Program-made: the position numbers and the translations under genes
Shown: positions 9,153 through 20,494 of the stretch, piece after piece
How positions within the stretch are numbered: the first letter of the stretch is position 1
Layout: the number at the start of each line of letters is the position of its first letter
IMG/VR virus record: IMGVR_UViG_3300025098_000012
Location: 62,001-126,000 of that record
DNA length: 64,000 bases
Reading direction: 5' to 3' (one strand)
Notes under the pieces: generated by a model
Databases searched by the model: none
Told to the model about the DNA's origin: nothing
Seen by the model: the letters and a program-made list of their open reading frames with translations, nothing else

Positions 9153-12100
9153 TTGATGTCCTCCAATGCTGTATCATCGGGGTTGCTAAGATCCACTCTG
9201 CTAAGTTTAGACAGAGTGCCATTTACTTGATCAGTACGAACAGAAATCCATGCGTACCTACTATCCCTAGCGTTCATAGAAGATATATCATTTTCAAGCA
9301 CAGTCGGGATGCCATCTTCGGGTAAACCATAACCCTCATCTGCCATCTTTGGATCTTCAATCAACATCCTACGATCATATACAGATAGGCAAGTCTCGTT
9401 GTTCTCAAAAGGCTTACTCGCTTTATTCCCTAAGATACTTTGTAATAAAAGATCATTCGAGGGGTGGCTATTGTCTGTAATGCCTACATTATCAATCAAT
9501 TCCTCTGCTTCATATTGCGACCAAGTGTAAGGCTGAGTAGGGAGCTGATTAAATGAACGAATGACCTCAACCCATGAGAGCGTCCTTTCCCTAAAGAATA
9601 AGAACGATCCAGCTAACGATTCCCCAAGTGTGGTTCTGCGTCTAAGGATACGATAAGAGAAAGGATGGATTGAGTCATTGGTTGTCGCATAAGAGCTACC
9701 TACAATGTCAGATGTGACACGCAAAGGTTGAGCGTCATCCCCATTAACAGAAGGCAAGAGCTTATAAGTCGAACGAGATGTGCCACTATCTCCTGCATAA
9801 AACTCTACTTCAAGCGTGTTAGCGTCATCAACAGATACGACCTTATAAGCACCTCGATTGTCATCAAGTGAATTAGGTAGACCCTGCGTACCATCTCCAT
9901 TATCACCTTGTGGTGATGCTCCGTACTCTGTCGGATTAGAACCTGCCAAAGCACCTTGAGGGTCGATCACTAAGAAATCTCCCTCTGCAACACCTAGAGC
10001 AATGAAGTTAGCGTTGGTGTCGGTGAGTTTATCTTCTTCAATGACAGAGATGCCAGCAACAGGGTCGGTGGAATAAATCTCTGTAAAACCATGTTCGATA
10101 AATTGATCGAACGCTTGGAGTTCGGGGATAAGAGGAACACGAGTGATGACCTTAAAGACATCGTTATTTGAAACAGCCGAGACAGCACCTCTGATCACTG
10201 AGCATTTAAGCGTTGCCCCGACCTCAAGCACTCGTAAATAAAGTGTCTCTTGGTTAGAATCATTAACGCACTGTACTTGATCACCTACTGATACCACATT
10301 CGCAAAGTCTCCCACCTGTGTATCTGTTCCACCACTAGCATCAAAGACACCTTCACCATCAACTGTGCGAGGTGTAAGCGTGGCTACACTGTTAGCATAG
10401 ACTACGCTATCTACTCGACCTACTCGTTGCTCATAAAGGTATCGGAAACCCTCGAACGCATAGATGAGTTTAGAGAACACATCTGTAAATCGCCTAAGCC
10501 TACGGACAGTGAAGTTCACCTCCTCGTAGAAATCCCAAGCTGGTTGAGGTAGGTTTGTTAGGGTGGACTCAATCGGGGATCGGACTTGGCTTGACCCATC
10601 GGCAAACTCAACTGGAGTATTCCCTGTGTAGTCTCTCAAGAGTCGAGGGAATGTAGGATCAAGATAGATACCTGCATCCAACTTAACTGTTAAGGTGATG
10701 GTGTCGTTAGGGGATAAGAAAGGTTTACCGTAGTTTTGACCCCCACTATCTACGATGTCGGGGTAGAGATTAGCATCGCTGACATCTAGTGTTATGTGTG
10801 TGACTAGGCCATTCTCTCTTACTACCCCACTTTCAGAAAAGGCATTTGTCGTACCAGTACGACCACCACCTACGGTCATCTGTAAGGTTAGGTCTACCCC
10901 AAAGGAAGAATATAAGCCATCTTTCGCCAAACCTGTATTCCCTAAGTTGAAAGGTATCTTAGTCACCCCTCCAATGACTTGGCTATACTCACCTAAAATT
11001 GTATTCAAAGCAGTAGCGTCAGCGATAGCTGTTCCATCAGCATATTCACATGGAAAAACCAAAGTCATATCAGAGTCAGATATGAGGTTGTAATCGACTT
11101 TAATGATAGAGACTCCAAACACAGGGTCTTTAACGAGAGCTGAAGTTGAGTCTAATGTTGGAGTGGGAGTATTAGTGTAGTTATCATTTAATATGATGTA
11201 GATAGAGCCAGTGGTTGTGTCGCTAAAGTATTGTGTGAGGTCAGCAACATCCGTAGTTAAAACACCTGTGGCTGTGTCTAGGCTTACAACTTTAGGGAAC
11301 TGTACTGTAAGGACTTGGCTTGTCCCCAATGTCTCTGTGATTTCTGTGTTTATATCGGGGTCGATAGCATCTAAGACCCGATGCGTACCTGCATTATGTC
11401 CGTTCTCGATGTAAAGAAGATCACCTGCGAGGACTTGGGCTGTTGATCCATGTAATGGGGTCACATTACGAAGTATGCCTTTGACACTATCCCCTACGAT
11501 TACAGGATTAGCAGGGTCTGTGCTGTCAACCTCAATCAATCCAGACCGAGCAGATCCTTTTAAGATCGTGTCGTCTTCATCAACTTCTGAGCCAATGAAG
11601 ATGGACATAGGGTCATTGATTCGAGAGATCCCTTCAAGATGCTTTGGTCTTAATGTAGTGCTGTTAACAGACGAGAAATCAAAAGTTCCGTCATTCACAT
11701 CGGAAGTGATTGTGCCTGTATTAACTCCACCTTCCTCTTTAATAGCAAGCGTTGTTCCCTCAATGATTAGTTTTTGATCTGTATCTGCACCACCAGTCAA
11801 GTCGATGGTTGGGTCTGGATCTATCTCTATGACTGCATGGGGGACTCTATTTGTAGGGAAAACAACATCTATACGATTATTAGAAATGACAGCATTGCTC
11901 TTAACAGAGAGTCGATAGCTACTAGGTCGCATGACCCCATTCTGTTCTTGCGTAAATATATAGCTCGTACTACCTGGAATATAGACAGGGTTATAAAAGT
12001 GATTTACACTATCCCAATAACTATCAAAGAGCCATGACTGCATATCAGTAGGGTCAGCCCAAGTCTCTGTAGCAGGGTCGAATGGGTTAGGTACTGGATC

Positions 12101-15100
12101 TTGAACTACGGTTAGTTCACTAGGCATTGTGGCAGAAACTGAAAGATTGGGTACGGTTGTCACTGCGTTAGTAAGCTCATTTTTTAGTTTTACCGTCCAA
12201 CTCGCACCATCATATTCAAAGATAAATGAATGAGCGTTTTCATAAGGAGCTGTGGAATTTCCACCGAAGTTATGGACATGGAGAGTGATCTCTAAACCTG
12301 TTGATGGATTGTTAAACAGTTCCTGTATCGTGGCATGATAAAAGTAAATCTTTAACTCGGATCTGTCATACAGACCATTTTGTGCGTTTAAGGGCCAATC
12401 TTCTTCAATGAAGATACCATTAGGGAACTGCCTAAAATCTGCCTGTAAGTTTTGTATCGTACATGACACTTCACCAGGTGATGTGTGTGCAGGAGGTAAG
12501 ATTTCTGTCCCATTGATCTCGGCAATCTCAAGAACACCTGTGGAAGCACTTGAGTCGGGCTTCAAGATCAAAAGGTCGCCCTGTCTAGGTGCTTGCTCAC
12601 AAATGCCATTCAATAAAGAGAAATCTTCATTCGTGGTGATGACATCAGAACCAATACTAGCTGTACCTCTAGCCTCATCGGGATAAGCATATTCATCAAC
12701 ACCCGATATGGCATTGGATGTCTGTACCTGTAGTGCATCTAAAGCAGGTGGGATCTGAGGTAATAGATCCCTTTCACTAAACCGACTCTTATAAGGGATG
12801 GACTCATCACCTGTGTCGTCAACAGCTTCGCCATCAAGGGCAGGGTATCTAAAAGGTACTGTCTCTGTGTAAAGGAACTCAACAGATCCCTCTAAAGCTA
12901 ACCCACTCGCAGGAACATTCTGACCTACGATTTCTTTGACAGGCCAGTTGGGTTCACTGATACTAGGGAGGCTTATATCAACAATCTCACCTGTAGATGA
13001 CTTTAGCCCGATGTCAGATCCAACCCTAAAGACTGTAGACGGTGAACTATCATCATCAAGATCACGAGCAAAAGACTCAATAAGAGTATCACCACGCTTC
13101 GGTGGGTTTTCAACCAACGACTCGCCATTGATCTTGAGAGTGAATACACTCCCCTTCAAGACAACATAGCACCCACTAACGATAGCTTCTACCTTAGCGT
13201 TTCTTGGCTCGGATTGTAGAGATAAGGGAGGGAATAAACCTAACTCAAGGAGGGTCGCTTGCTCGGCTGTGTTCAACACATTATGGAACTCTCCACCATT
13301 ACGACTGATCCTAACCTTCGAGTTGGTTTGCAGACCATTAAAGGTTCGGTCTACATTCCCTACAAGGGCATCAGCAACCTCACCCCCTTCACTCACAAAC
13401 TGAGTCGTATCTGGTAATCCTGTTGAGGGATCAATCGGAAACTCATCGAGAGGAACAGCAGATAAGATGAATGTGGGTTTACCTGCTGTCTCAGCAACAG
13501 AGGGATAACCATTCAGTGAGAAATCGTACACCCTAAAGCGAGCAGATCTACGACTCACCACAGGTAGCGATGAAATGTTCTCTATTTGCCCTAGAGCGTT
13601 GTTTTGAGCGTTGGCTATTGTGATACCATTGGTCGAGCTATCTAACGCTCCAGGATTGCGATATGAGTACATTCTCGTACTAGTAGGGAAGAGTCTACTG
13701 AATCTATGTTTATTCCACATAGGAGAATAAACAGGATCGTACTCTACACGCACATAAGGAAAGCCTGCATCAAAGTCAAAGACCGTCTTTTCCTTTTGAC
13801 GAATGAGGACATAATCATCCATCTCGTTCTCAATGAGTGGACGCTGTTGTTCAAGGATTGAAGCCAACACCTTTGCTTCGGGTGGCTCTCCATTGATCTT
13901 AATCGTATCTTCTGGTGTCGGATAATGATTGGAAGGATTAAGGGGAGTTAAAAACTCCATGCTCACATAACGAGGGTAAATCTCCCTCGTGATATGATCT
14001 TCCATACCTGGTGAGATCCAATCACCTGCTGTTAATAAGTTAAACTTAAATGATCCATCGGCATCTCCAACCACTTTCCCTGTGGTTGTAGAGAGGATGT
14101 CATCAATAGGTTGAACATACCCATTGTAAAGATTGATCCTAGAGCGAGCGACCACATCATTCGCTAGTAAGCCATAAACCCCAATCGCCTTACCTTGTGA
14201 TGTAGGTGAGGAGACAACTAACTTCCCTCCCGAACCTGTATCTTGATTGAGACTTTGTTGAAGCTCATTGGCGATTTCTGATGAGTACGCATCCTCATCT
14301 GCAACCCTTACTTGGAAGGTATCTGGTGAGGAAACAACACAACTGACATTCAACCCTAATCCATCGTATTCTTCGGGAGTCTTTGATTGATTAAAGATCG
14401 CTTTGTATGTGGGTTTACTTACTCGACCTCCTAAGAGAGTAAATGGTTTTACTGCACTCAACGCTGTGTGTAGCAAATAATAACTAACTTGAGGTCTTAC
14501 ATCATGACCATTCTTGAGGTCGATTAAACCTGCTTCGGAGTTAAAATTGTAGTCCTCATTAAGAGTTAAAAGCCTACCTCGACCAAGCGTGTGGTTGTAT
14601 TTGATGATCTGAAAACTCTCGGTATCGACAATACCTGTCGTAAGGGTAAGGCTTGTGTCTCCCTCAATCAAGACAGGTCTAAACGAGACATGGAAATCAT
14701 TGGTTGAGATGAAGTCATGCCCCGATGTGAAACCCTCGACTGTGACTTTGGTCATACCAGTTACATCATCAAGACCTACCACTACGACCCGATAAGGTGT
14801 GCCTTGTAAAACCACAATCGACTTAGCCTTAATGAAGTCTCTGTAATCACCCTGTATCAAGATGTCTGGACTCTTAGGCTTGGATGTTACATTCGCATTA
14901 TTTACCGTCCTAAAGGCATACGAGCTAGTCGTTCCCCCATAGGTGAATGAAGGCACATTGAGATAAGCAATCATCTCTGTCTCTATGTTCACCCTTGCAG
15001 GAGGACTTACATCAATACTGCTCGCACTCACAGATACAACATTGAAAATCTGTGTCCCGACATAAATCAAATCCCCTGCACCTAAGATACTCGTAAAGTC

Positions 15101-18100
15101 TCTTTGGACTGACAAAGATGTTGCCCCTTTGTCAATCTTGTACTTAGGAATCACCATCCCACTTGATGTCCGAACTGTGCCATCTCCTCCGTTAGACTTT
15201 AAGGTCGTATAAGACACTTTCACAGATGTGGTACTCGCCACCTCAAAAGAGAAGCGTATTGTGTCTTGGCTGATACTATAAAGACTTGCGTTAATTTGTT
15301 CAGGTCCTACAAACACTGTCGGTGTGGCTAATAACTCTACTTCTTTACCTGTAGGGTTGTAGGTGAACTGAAAACCATCCACCCTTGTCGCTTCTTCTTG
15401 AATGACTACAAAGCCCATCGCTTCAATGACACGAACACCATTAGGATCATCTGTCGGTGTGTAAGATACCTCTACACCAACACCCTCCTCTAAAGGATCT
15501 TCAAAGCTGATTGCACCACTAGTTGCTTCAAATCTTGGGTTCGCTAACAGCTCTAAGAAATCATCAAAGGGATCGGGATCAAATGGGGTCGTGAGCGTTA
15601 AACTCAAATCCATCTCGGCTGTATCTACCAAGCCACTACGAGGCTTCCTTACAAAGACCACCTCACCATCTACCCAACTGCTGTTCGCTACTCCCATAGG
15701 GCTTTCAAAAACAACCCTGTTATCTGTGACTGTAAAACCCTTCTCTACATTCTCACCTTCTTTGGTATGACCGACACCTACTTCGTATTCTATTTCTCCT
15801 ACCTTAATGCGATATGATCCACTCGTGTAATGATCTCCACTCAACTCGTAAGGAGATAATAACACCTCGTCCCTTAACACAGTTAAAGGATATGCGTCAT
15901 CTCCCTTACGGATAAACAAAGTTGAGCTAGGCAACACCTTGTCAAAAGCAAGCGTTCCATACACCTTGTATATCTCTACTGCCTTACGCTCCAACACAGG
16001 TAGATCATCTAAAATCTCTCCCACTACCTTTGTAGGATCTGGTGTCTCCGTTTCCTCTAACCCCTCTCTATACCCTCTGTAAATCTTCCATCTCCCAAGC
16101 TGAATACCCAACGCTGAACTAAGCGTAAGCACACTCCCTGTGATCAACTCAATCTTAAAATAGTTTAATCCGTCATAAAAGAAATCACCCTGTCTCACCA
16201 AACTGAGATCCAACCCCAAGTCTAAATCGACCCCTGTTAATGACCCAACCTTTTGCCCCGATAAGACCTCTGAACCTAAACGATTGATTAAACGAGCTTG
16301 ACCCTCTAACCCATCACTCGGCAAGTCATAGTCAACCCCTTCTGTTAAAGGCTGAGTCGAGATAGTACCGTTCAACTGCTCTTGGGTGATCGTGATAGAT
16401 GTCGTACCTACCCTTAATCCAGATCCCAATGCCAAGCGTGATGTCTCTTGGTTCACCTTAGAACTTACTGTGCGACCTACAATCCAATGAAACCCATTCG
16501 GGTTGCCACCAAATGATGTCTCTATGTCCGTTTCCCCAAGTACCTTATCTCCTATCTTGAAAAACTTGCCGGCTTCATAACCTGTGAAATCAAAGCGTGG
16601 CTCAAACTGTAAAAACTGAAACGCTGTGCTACCACTTATGTCGGCTACCTTCTCCTCATCAAAAGAATAATAACCCTTGACTGATGAACGAGTTAAAACA
16701 AACTCAAGCCCTGTCTCCAAACTCGAACTCGGCACAAGACCAATAGACCTTAATGACTCAAACTCTCCTGTCGTTGATGGATGATCTACAACAGATCCAG
16801 AGTCCACTACCAAATAACCGTCTACTACTGAGACTCCCGAACCTACCACATTCTCCCCTGTAAACGATACCACTCCACCGTCCACCTTAAATGAACCACT
16901 CTTGCCCGATAAACCCAAAATGCTCATGTGCCTTAATCCCCCTCTGCTTAAAGCTACATGACCACCGAAAATCTTCTTCGTCTGATTAGACCAAGCACGA
17001 CTCAATACAACACTCGTTGTGCCTTGTACTAAATAACCACGATGGACTGATAGCCTCTTAGGGAGCTTCTCTACTAACTCCACAGGTAATGTGCGACCTA
17101 ACTCCACTAAACGAACATACATTCGCTCATATCTGTAATCCCACTTCAAACCCACTCCACTAGGTCTAAATGAACTCGCCACTCCACTAGGCTCTAATCC
17201 CGAACCATCTGGTATATCCATCTTCTCTACTAATGTTAAACCATTTACTCCTGCTCCCACACCAATAGGGGCATCACATAAAACCAAACCATCATAAATC
17301 ACAGGTGAGCTAGATAAAATCTTTCCACTGTCTAACGCTACCTTCACCACACCATATTCTGCGTCTACTAAATCACCCTCTGTCGCTACATACACCACAT
17401 CACTGTAGCCATATCCTGCGACTCTCAATAAAGGGTACTCATTTAATCTCGGCTGTGGCGATAAATAGTCCGACACCCCTACAACATTCGACTCAAATCC
17501 TCCAAGAGATCCAGATATATACAACACCTCCTTACCCACATGATCACTGCCATCCTTAAATAAAACCTTGCCCGATGGATTTAAGACCACACCCTCTGCT
17601 CCATTACTAAACGCACCATCTTCTTCTCCCTCCGCTACTACAGGGAAATCATCTCCATTTATCTCAAATACTGTGACTGACGCATCAGCTACATTACCAC
17701 CTCCTATCCTTAACTCTCCCTCCAATCCTGCTATGATGTCATCCTCACCACCTACCACCCCAACTACAATACCAGATCCTCCCCTTAATAATGACCAACC
17801 CCTGTTCTCATAATCAAATCTAACCCTACTCGCATCATTACGAGTCCACCAAAATAATCCACCACATACTCCCGAACCCTCCACACTATCCAAATTATCA
17901 CGAGCTGAATGAACCACCGTACCACCAAAGAAATGATCTAACGCAACACCATTCTCATCAAGCACCGAACTTAACCATACACGACTGTTCGTTAAGTAAT
18001 AATAGACTCCATCAATCGCTGTCTCAAATAACTTCTCAAAACTAACATCCACACTCTCAACACCTATCTCTCCATCTCCACTAGAAATCAAAGCATAAGA

Positions 18101-18262
18101 GTCTACACCTGTATTACCTATCTCATATAGATCACGACCTACACGCTCCCAACGACCATCTACTTGAACAACACTCCCATCCACTACTCGTAAACATAAA
18201 CCAGTAGATGAAGCATTACGCTCTCCACTACGAACATCTAATATAATACTTCGTGAACTCAT
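9149..18262 (-). CDS. Giant (3037 aa) beta-rich virion structural protein (baseplate/tail-associated)
   Basis: Uninterrupted 9.1-kb ORF rich in V/G/S/T/D; recurring GD.L.I...G...V motifs. Confidence 0.7.
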   Translation of the reverse strand: MSSRSIILDVRSGERNASSTGLCLRVVDGSVVQVDGRWERVGRDLYEIGNTGVDSYALISSGDGEIGVESVDVSFEKLFETAIDGVYYYLTNSRVWLSSVLDENGVALDHFFGGTVVHSARDNLDSVEGSGVCGGLFWWTRNDASRVRFDYENRGWSLLRGGSGIVVGVVGGEDDIIAGLEGELRIGGGNVADASVTVFEINGDDFPVVAEGEEDGAFSNGAEGVVLNPSGKVLFKDGSDHVGKEVLYISGSLGGFESNVVGVSDYLSPQPRLNEYPLLRVAGYGYSDVVYVATEGDLVDAEYGVVKVALDSGKILSSSPVIYDGLVLCDAPIGVGAGVNGLTLVEKMDIPDGSGLEPSGVASSFRPSGVGLKWDYRYERMYVRLVELGRTLPVELVEKLPKRLSVHRGYLVQGTTSVVLSRAWSNQTKKIFGGHVALSRGGLRHMSILGLSGKSGSFKVDGGVVSFTGENVVGSGVSVVDGYLVVDSGSVVDHPSTTGEFESLRSIGLVPSSSLETGLEFVLTRSSVKGYYSFDEEKVADISGSTAFQFLQFEPRFDFTGYEAGKFFKIGDKVLGETDIETSFGGNPNGFHWIVGRTVSSKVNQETSRLALGSGLRVGTTSITITQEQLNGTISTQPLTEGVDYDLPSDGLEGQARLINRLGSEVLSGQKVGSLTGVDLDLGLDLSLVRQGDFFYDGLNYFKIELITGSVLTLSSALGIQLGRWKIYRGYREGLEETETPDPTKVVGEILDDLPVLERKAVEIYKVYGTLAFDKVLPSSTLFIRKGDDAYPLTVLRDEVLLSPYELSGDHYTSGSYRIKVGEIEYEVGVGHTKEGENVEKGFTVTDNRVVFESPMGVANSSWVDGEVVFVRKPRSGLVDTAEMDLSLTLTTPFDPDPFDDFLELLANPRFEATSGAISFEDPLEEGVGVEVSYTPTDDPNGVRVIEAMGFVVIQEEATRVDGFQFTYNPTGKEVELLATPTVFVGPEQINASLYSISQDTIRFSFEVASTTSVKVSYTTLKSNGGDGTVRTSSGMVIPKYKIDKGATSLSVQRDFTSILGAGDLIYVGTQIFNVVSVSASSIDVSPPARVNIETEMIAYLNVPSFTYGGTTSSYAFRTVNNANVTSKPKSPDILIQGDYRDFIKAKSIVVLQGTPYRVVVVGLDDVTGMTKVTVEGFTSGHDFISTNDFHVSFRPVLIEGDTSLTLTTGIVDTESFQIIKYNHTLGRGRLLTLNEDYNFNSEAGLIDLKNGHDVRPQVSYYLLHTALSAVKPFTLLGGRVSKPTYKAIFNQSKTPEEYDGLGLNVSCVVSSPDTFQVRVADEDAYSSEIANELQQSLNQDTGSGGKLVVSSPTSQGKAIGVYGLLANDVVARSRINLYNGYVQPIDDILSTTTGKVVGDADGSFKFNLLTAGDWISPGMEDHITREIYPRYVSMEFLTPLNPSNHYPTPEDTIKINGEPPEAKVLASILEQQRPLIENEMDDYVLIRQKEKTVFDFDAGFPYVRVEYDPVYSPMWNKHRFSRLFPTSTRMYSYRNPGALDSSTNGITIANAQNNALGQIENISSLPVVSRRSARFRVYDFSLNGYPSVAETAGKPTFILSAVPLDEFPIDPSTGLPDTTQFVSEGGEVADALVGNVDRTFNGLQTNSKVRISRNGGEFHNVLNTAEQATLLELGLFPPLSLQSEPRNAKVEAIVSGCYVVLKGSVFTLKINGESLVENPPKRGDTLIESFARDLDDDSSPSTVFRVGSDIGLKSSTGEIVDISLPSISEPNWPVKEIVGQNVPASGLALEGSVEFLYTETVPFRYPALDGEAVDDTGDESIPYKSRFSERDLLPQIPPALDALQVQTSNAISGVDEYAYPDEARGTASIGSDVITTNEDFSLLNGICEQAPRQGDLLILKPDSSASTGVLEIAEINGTEILPPAHTSPGEVSCTIQNLQADFRQFPNGIFIEEDWPLNAQNGLYDRSELKIYFYHATIQELFNNPSTGLEITLHVHNFGGNSTAPYENAHSFIFEYDGASWTVKLKNELTNAVTTVPNLSVSATMPSELTVVQDPVPNPFDPATETWADPTDMQSWLFDSYWDSVNHFYNPVYIPGSTSYIFTQEQNGVMRPSSYRLSVKSNAVISNNRIDVVFPTNRVPHAVIEIDPDPTIDLTGGADTDQKLIIEGTTLAIKEEGGVNTGTITSDVNDGTFDFSSVNSTTLRPKHLEGISRINDPMSIFIGSEVDEDDTILKGSARSGLIEVDSTDPANPVIVGDSVKGILRNVTPLHGSTAQVLAGDLLYIENGHNAGTHRVLDAIDPDINTEITETLGTSQVLTVQFPKVVSLDTATGVLTTDVADLTQYFSDTTTGSIYIILNDNYTNTPTPTLDSTSALVKDPVFGVSIIKVDYNLISDSDMTLVFPCEYADGTAIADATALNTILGEYSQVIGGVTKIPFNLGNTGLAKDGLYSSFGVDLTLQMTVGGGRTGTTNAFSESGVVRENGLVTHITLDVSDANLYPDIVDSGGQNYGKPFLSPNDTITLTVKLDAGIYLDPTFPRLLRDYTGNTPVEFADGSSQVRSPIESTLTNLPQPAWDFYEEVNFTVRRLRRFTDVFSKLIYAFEGFRYLYEQRVGRVDSVVYANSVATLTPRTVDGEGVFDASGGTDTQVGDFANVVSVGDQVQCVNDSNQETLYLRVLEVGATLKCSVIRGAVSAVSNNDVFKVITRVPLIPELQAFDQFIEHGFTEIYSTDPVAGISVIEEDKLTDTNANFIALGVAEGDFLVIDPQGALAGSNPTEYGASPQGDNGDGTQGLPNSLDDNRGAYKVVSVDDANTLEVEFYAGDSGTSRSTYKLLPSVNGDDAQPLRVTSDIVGSSYATTNDSIHPFSYRILRRRTTLGESLAGSFLFFRERTLSWVEVIRSFNQLPTQPYTWSQYEAEELIDNVGITDNSHPSNDLLLQSILGNKASKPFENNETCLSVYDRRMLIEDPKMADEGYGLPEDGIPTVLENDISSMNARDSRYAWISVRTDQVNGTLSKLSRVDLSNPDDTALEDIK

Positions 18263-18828
18263 ATAAACTTTCCTACAAATGGAGGTGGAGGTACAGCAGG
18301 TGAGAGTGGGAGAACAGGAACTCCTGCTACTACACCATTCGCTACTGTCGTTAAAAAGTGTGAACTGATACCTTGCCCTAAAGCACTACATATACGAGGT
18401 ACTTCTACTCCTACAATACCAACACTCGTGAAACTACTCATCAATAACTGTGTTAATAAAATAGGGTCGCCCACTATCCCTCCTATAAACGAACCAACAC
18501 CCACTCCTGCTACTGCCCCTGTAAAATTATATGGCTGACTGATACCCAGCATAATCGGGAACCACATGACAGGTGCAAAAACACCTACTAACAGATTACT
18601 CTTAAATGCACTCTCCATTAAAGGTGCATTCGGCAATACCACCATCGTACCTGTACATACACCACTACCCACTGACCCTTGAGCTAAACCTTGTACTGTA
18701 CTCGCTAATAACCACTGATATAAACCAAGCTCTACACCTTGTGCTATCTGAGCCATTTGTGGGGTCTTACTACTAGAGGAAGCCATTATAGCTCCACTCA
18801 CTACTCCAGGTACAGGCATCTGTATCAT
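18259..18828 (-). CDS. Gly-rich hydrophobic virion protein
   Basis: First gene of structural operon; late-type motif at 18929-18943. Confidence 0.6.
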   Translation of the reverse strand: MIQMPVPGVVSGAIMASSSSKTPQMAQIAQGVELGLYQWLLASTVQGLAQGSVGSGVCTGTMVVLPNAPLMESAFKSNLLVGVFAPVMWFPIMLGISQPYNFTGAVAGVGVGSFIGGIVGDPILLTQLLMSSFTSVGIVGVEVPRICSALGQGISSHFLTTVANGVVAGVPVLPLSPAVPPPPFVGKFI

Positions 18829-19008
18829 CCTATCGTTTTTTGCTTCGCAATCACAATGTTGTCAGACCTACAACACACGCAAGATGTGTGTGGGTCTGTG
18901 TATCTTAGTACATTCTACAAGCTAAACGATAAAACAACTATTAAGATTAAACCCAGACTGAAAATGAGATCGAAAAGTTGAAACAGATTTCTAAGGTAGT
19001 TAGTAAAG

Positions 19009-19041
19009 AAAAAGCGTATCAGCTAGTGCCGACACGCTTTT
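19009..19041 (-). terminator. Intrinsic terminator separating the accessory region from the structural operon
   Basis: On -: GCGTGTCGGC-ACTA-GCTGATACGC stem (two G-U pairs) followed by TTTTT. Confidence 0.8.
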
Positions 19042-19073
19042 AGTGGACGGTTGTGTGGATTAAGGACACTAGA

Positions 19074-19667
19074 TTACTCAACTCTAAAGTCGCCACCGAT
19101 CCAAGCCATGTCTAACTGATGGATGAGGTCGTACCTTTTCATTTTGCGGGCGATAACTTTGAGTTTGTGGTAGCGATCATCAAGGGCATACTTTTGTTTT
19201 TGTTTGGTTGAGATGATCTCTTTGATCTCATAGTGATCTTCGGCCTTTATTTCGAGGTGTGCTTTTCGACCACTGAGATCATAGATGTGATGTTTATCCC
19301 ATTTGATAGCACACTCATCTTCGTGGATTGTCTCAGAGGGTATGACGACCTCGACCTTGCCTTGAGGCTTAGTGAGTTGAAAGGCAAAGGTTGAGCAGTA
19401 AGAGCTACAGTCCTTTCCGTCCTCAAACTGATCTTGATGGAACTTAGACTTTGTTTCGATGAGGTTGAACCCTTCGCCTTTGATTTCGATCTTGAGGTCT
19501 TTCTTGATGTGCCACACTCGGAACTTCATCGCACCACAGTTAGCCCAAGCGTCAAAGTAAGCACACGCACCATTTCGCTCATTGGGGTCATCGAAGTAAT
19601 AGTTATCTTCCCAGTCACCCCACTCACAACTATCATGGGTGAAGAGTCTAAAGTCAGCTCTCATCAT
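19074..19667 (-). CDS. Hypothetical protein, tandem paralogue of 19664-20224
   Basis: Shared TKP.G.V, I.W....I.DL.G..A.L and Y...EI.S motifs. Confidence 0.75.
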   Translation of the reverse strand: MMRADFRLFTHDSCEWGDWEDNYYFDDPNERNGACAYFDAWANCGAMKFRVWHIKKDLKIEIKGEGFNLIETKSKFHQDQFEDGKDCSSYCSTFAFQLTKPQGKVEVVIPSETIHEDECAIKWDKHHIYDLSGRKAHLEIKAEDHYEIKEIISTKQKQKYALDDRYHKLKVIARKMKRYDLIHQLDMAWIGGDFRVE

Positions 19668-20224
19668 CTTGAAAGTCCTAACATTCTTTGGTTGAGCATC
19701 TCTCTCATCTCGCCTTTGGACATATCTCGTAGACGAGCGAGTCTTTTGATTTCGATGAGTGTTTCTTCTTCTTGGGGGCTTAGGATCTCTTCAACTCGGT
19801 ACGAGTTATCAGAGCCTAAAAGCCTTGCCACATTCCCATGCAGGTCTGTGATTTTTCTGTCAGCCCATTCGATGCCTACTCGGTCACCTTCAACTGTGAT
19901 GAACACATGGCCTTTAGGCTTTGTGATTAGCCAGTCGATTTCGATTTCGTGTTGCTCACCCATGACCTCATTATCGTCACCATCGTAGGTAGGCATCTCT
20001 TGAGACTTTTGCTCATTCTTGATGATACGGACACCTTCGGTATCTAACTGATACTCTTTCTTGACGAGACTGTAAGTGGACATAGAGAACATCTCTTGGT
20101 TAAAGATGTTAAGGTAAGTCTCTGCACCTGTCTCCCAACTAGTGGGGTCTGCTTTGTGGTCGAAGTGTTCTTCGGAGTTGTCTGTGTTCCACTTGAGGAA
20201 CTGAGGATTTAAGATATTAACCAT
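19664..20224 (-). CDS. Hypothetical protein, tandem paralogue of 19074-19667
   Basis: Same shared motifs; SD AAAGGTGA. Confidence 0.75.
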   Translation of the reverse strand: MVNILNPQFLKWNTDNSEEHFDHKADPTSWETGAETYLNIFNQEMFSMSTYSLVKKEYQLDTEGVRIIKNEQKSQEMPTYDGDDNEVMGEQHEIEIDWLITKPKGHVFITVEGDRVGIEWADRKITDLHGNVARLLGSDNSYRVEEILSPQEEETLIEIKRLARLRDMSKGEMREMLNQRMLGLSR

Positions 20225-20316
20225 TGTGTTCACCTTTCATGGTGTGGTGTTTGTGGGTGTTGATACTTACTTAACGATCTCAACACCCGAAAACGGACAA
20301 AACTTTTAAATTATTT

Positions 20317-20493
20317 TTACCAACCTCGTTTGAGTTTATTTTTCGCTCGGTTAGCTTCACTTTCTTTCTCTTGGAGCAATCTCCATAGAGCTTGTGCCTC
20401 TTGCTCATTCAACTTTTCGAGCATAGGGATCAGTGTGTTCCTGTCGCAACGCTCTCGGTGGAACAACGCTGAGAGATGTCTTTTGATACTCAT
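20317..20493 (-). CDS. 58-aa protein not in the ORF track (MSIKRHLSALFH...KLKRGW)
   Basis: Read directly; ATG lies 1 nt after the upstream stop; SD GGGAG. Confidence 0.65.
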   Translation of the reverse strand: MSIKRHLSALFHRERCDRNTLIPMLEKLNEQEAQALWRLLQEKESEANRAKNKLKRGW

Positions 20494-20494
20494 T

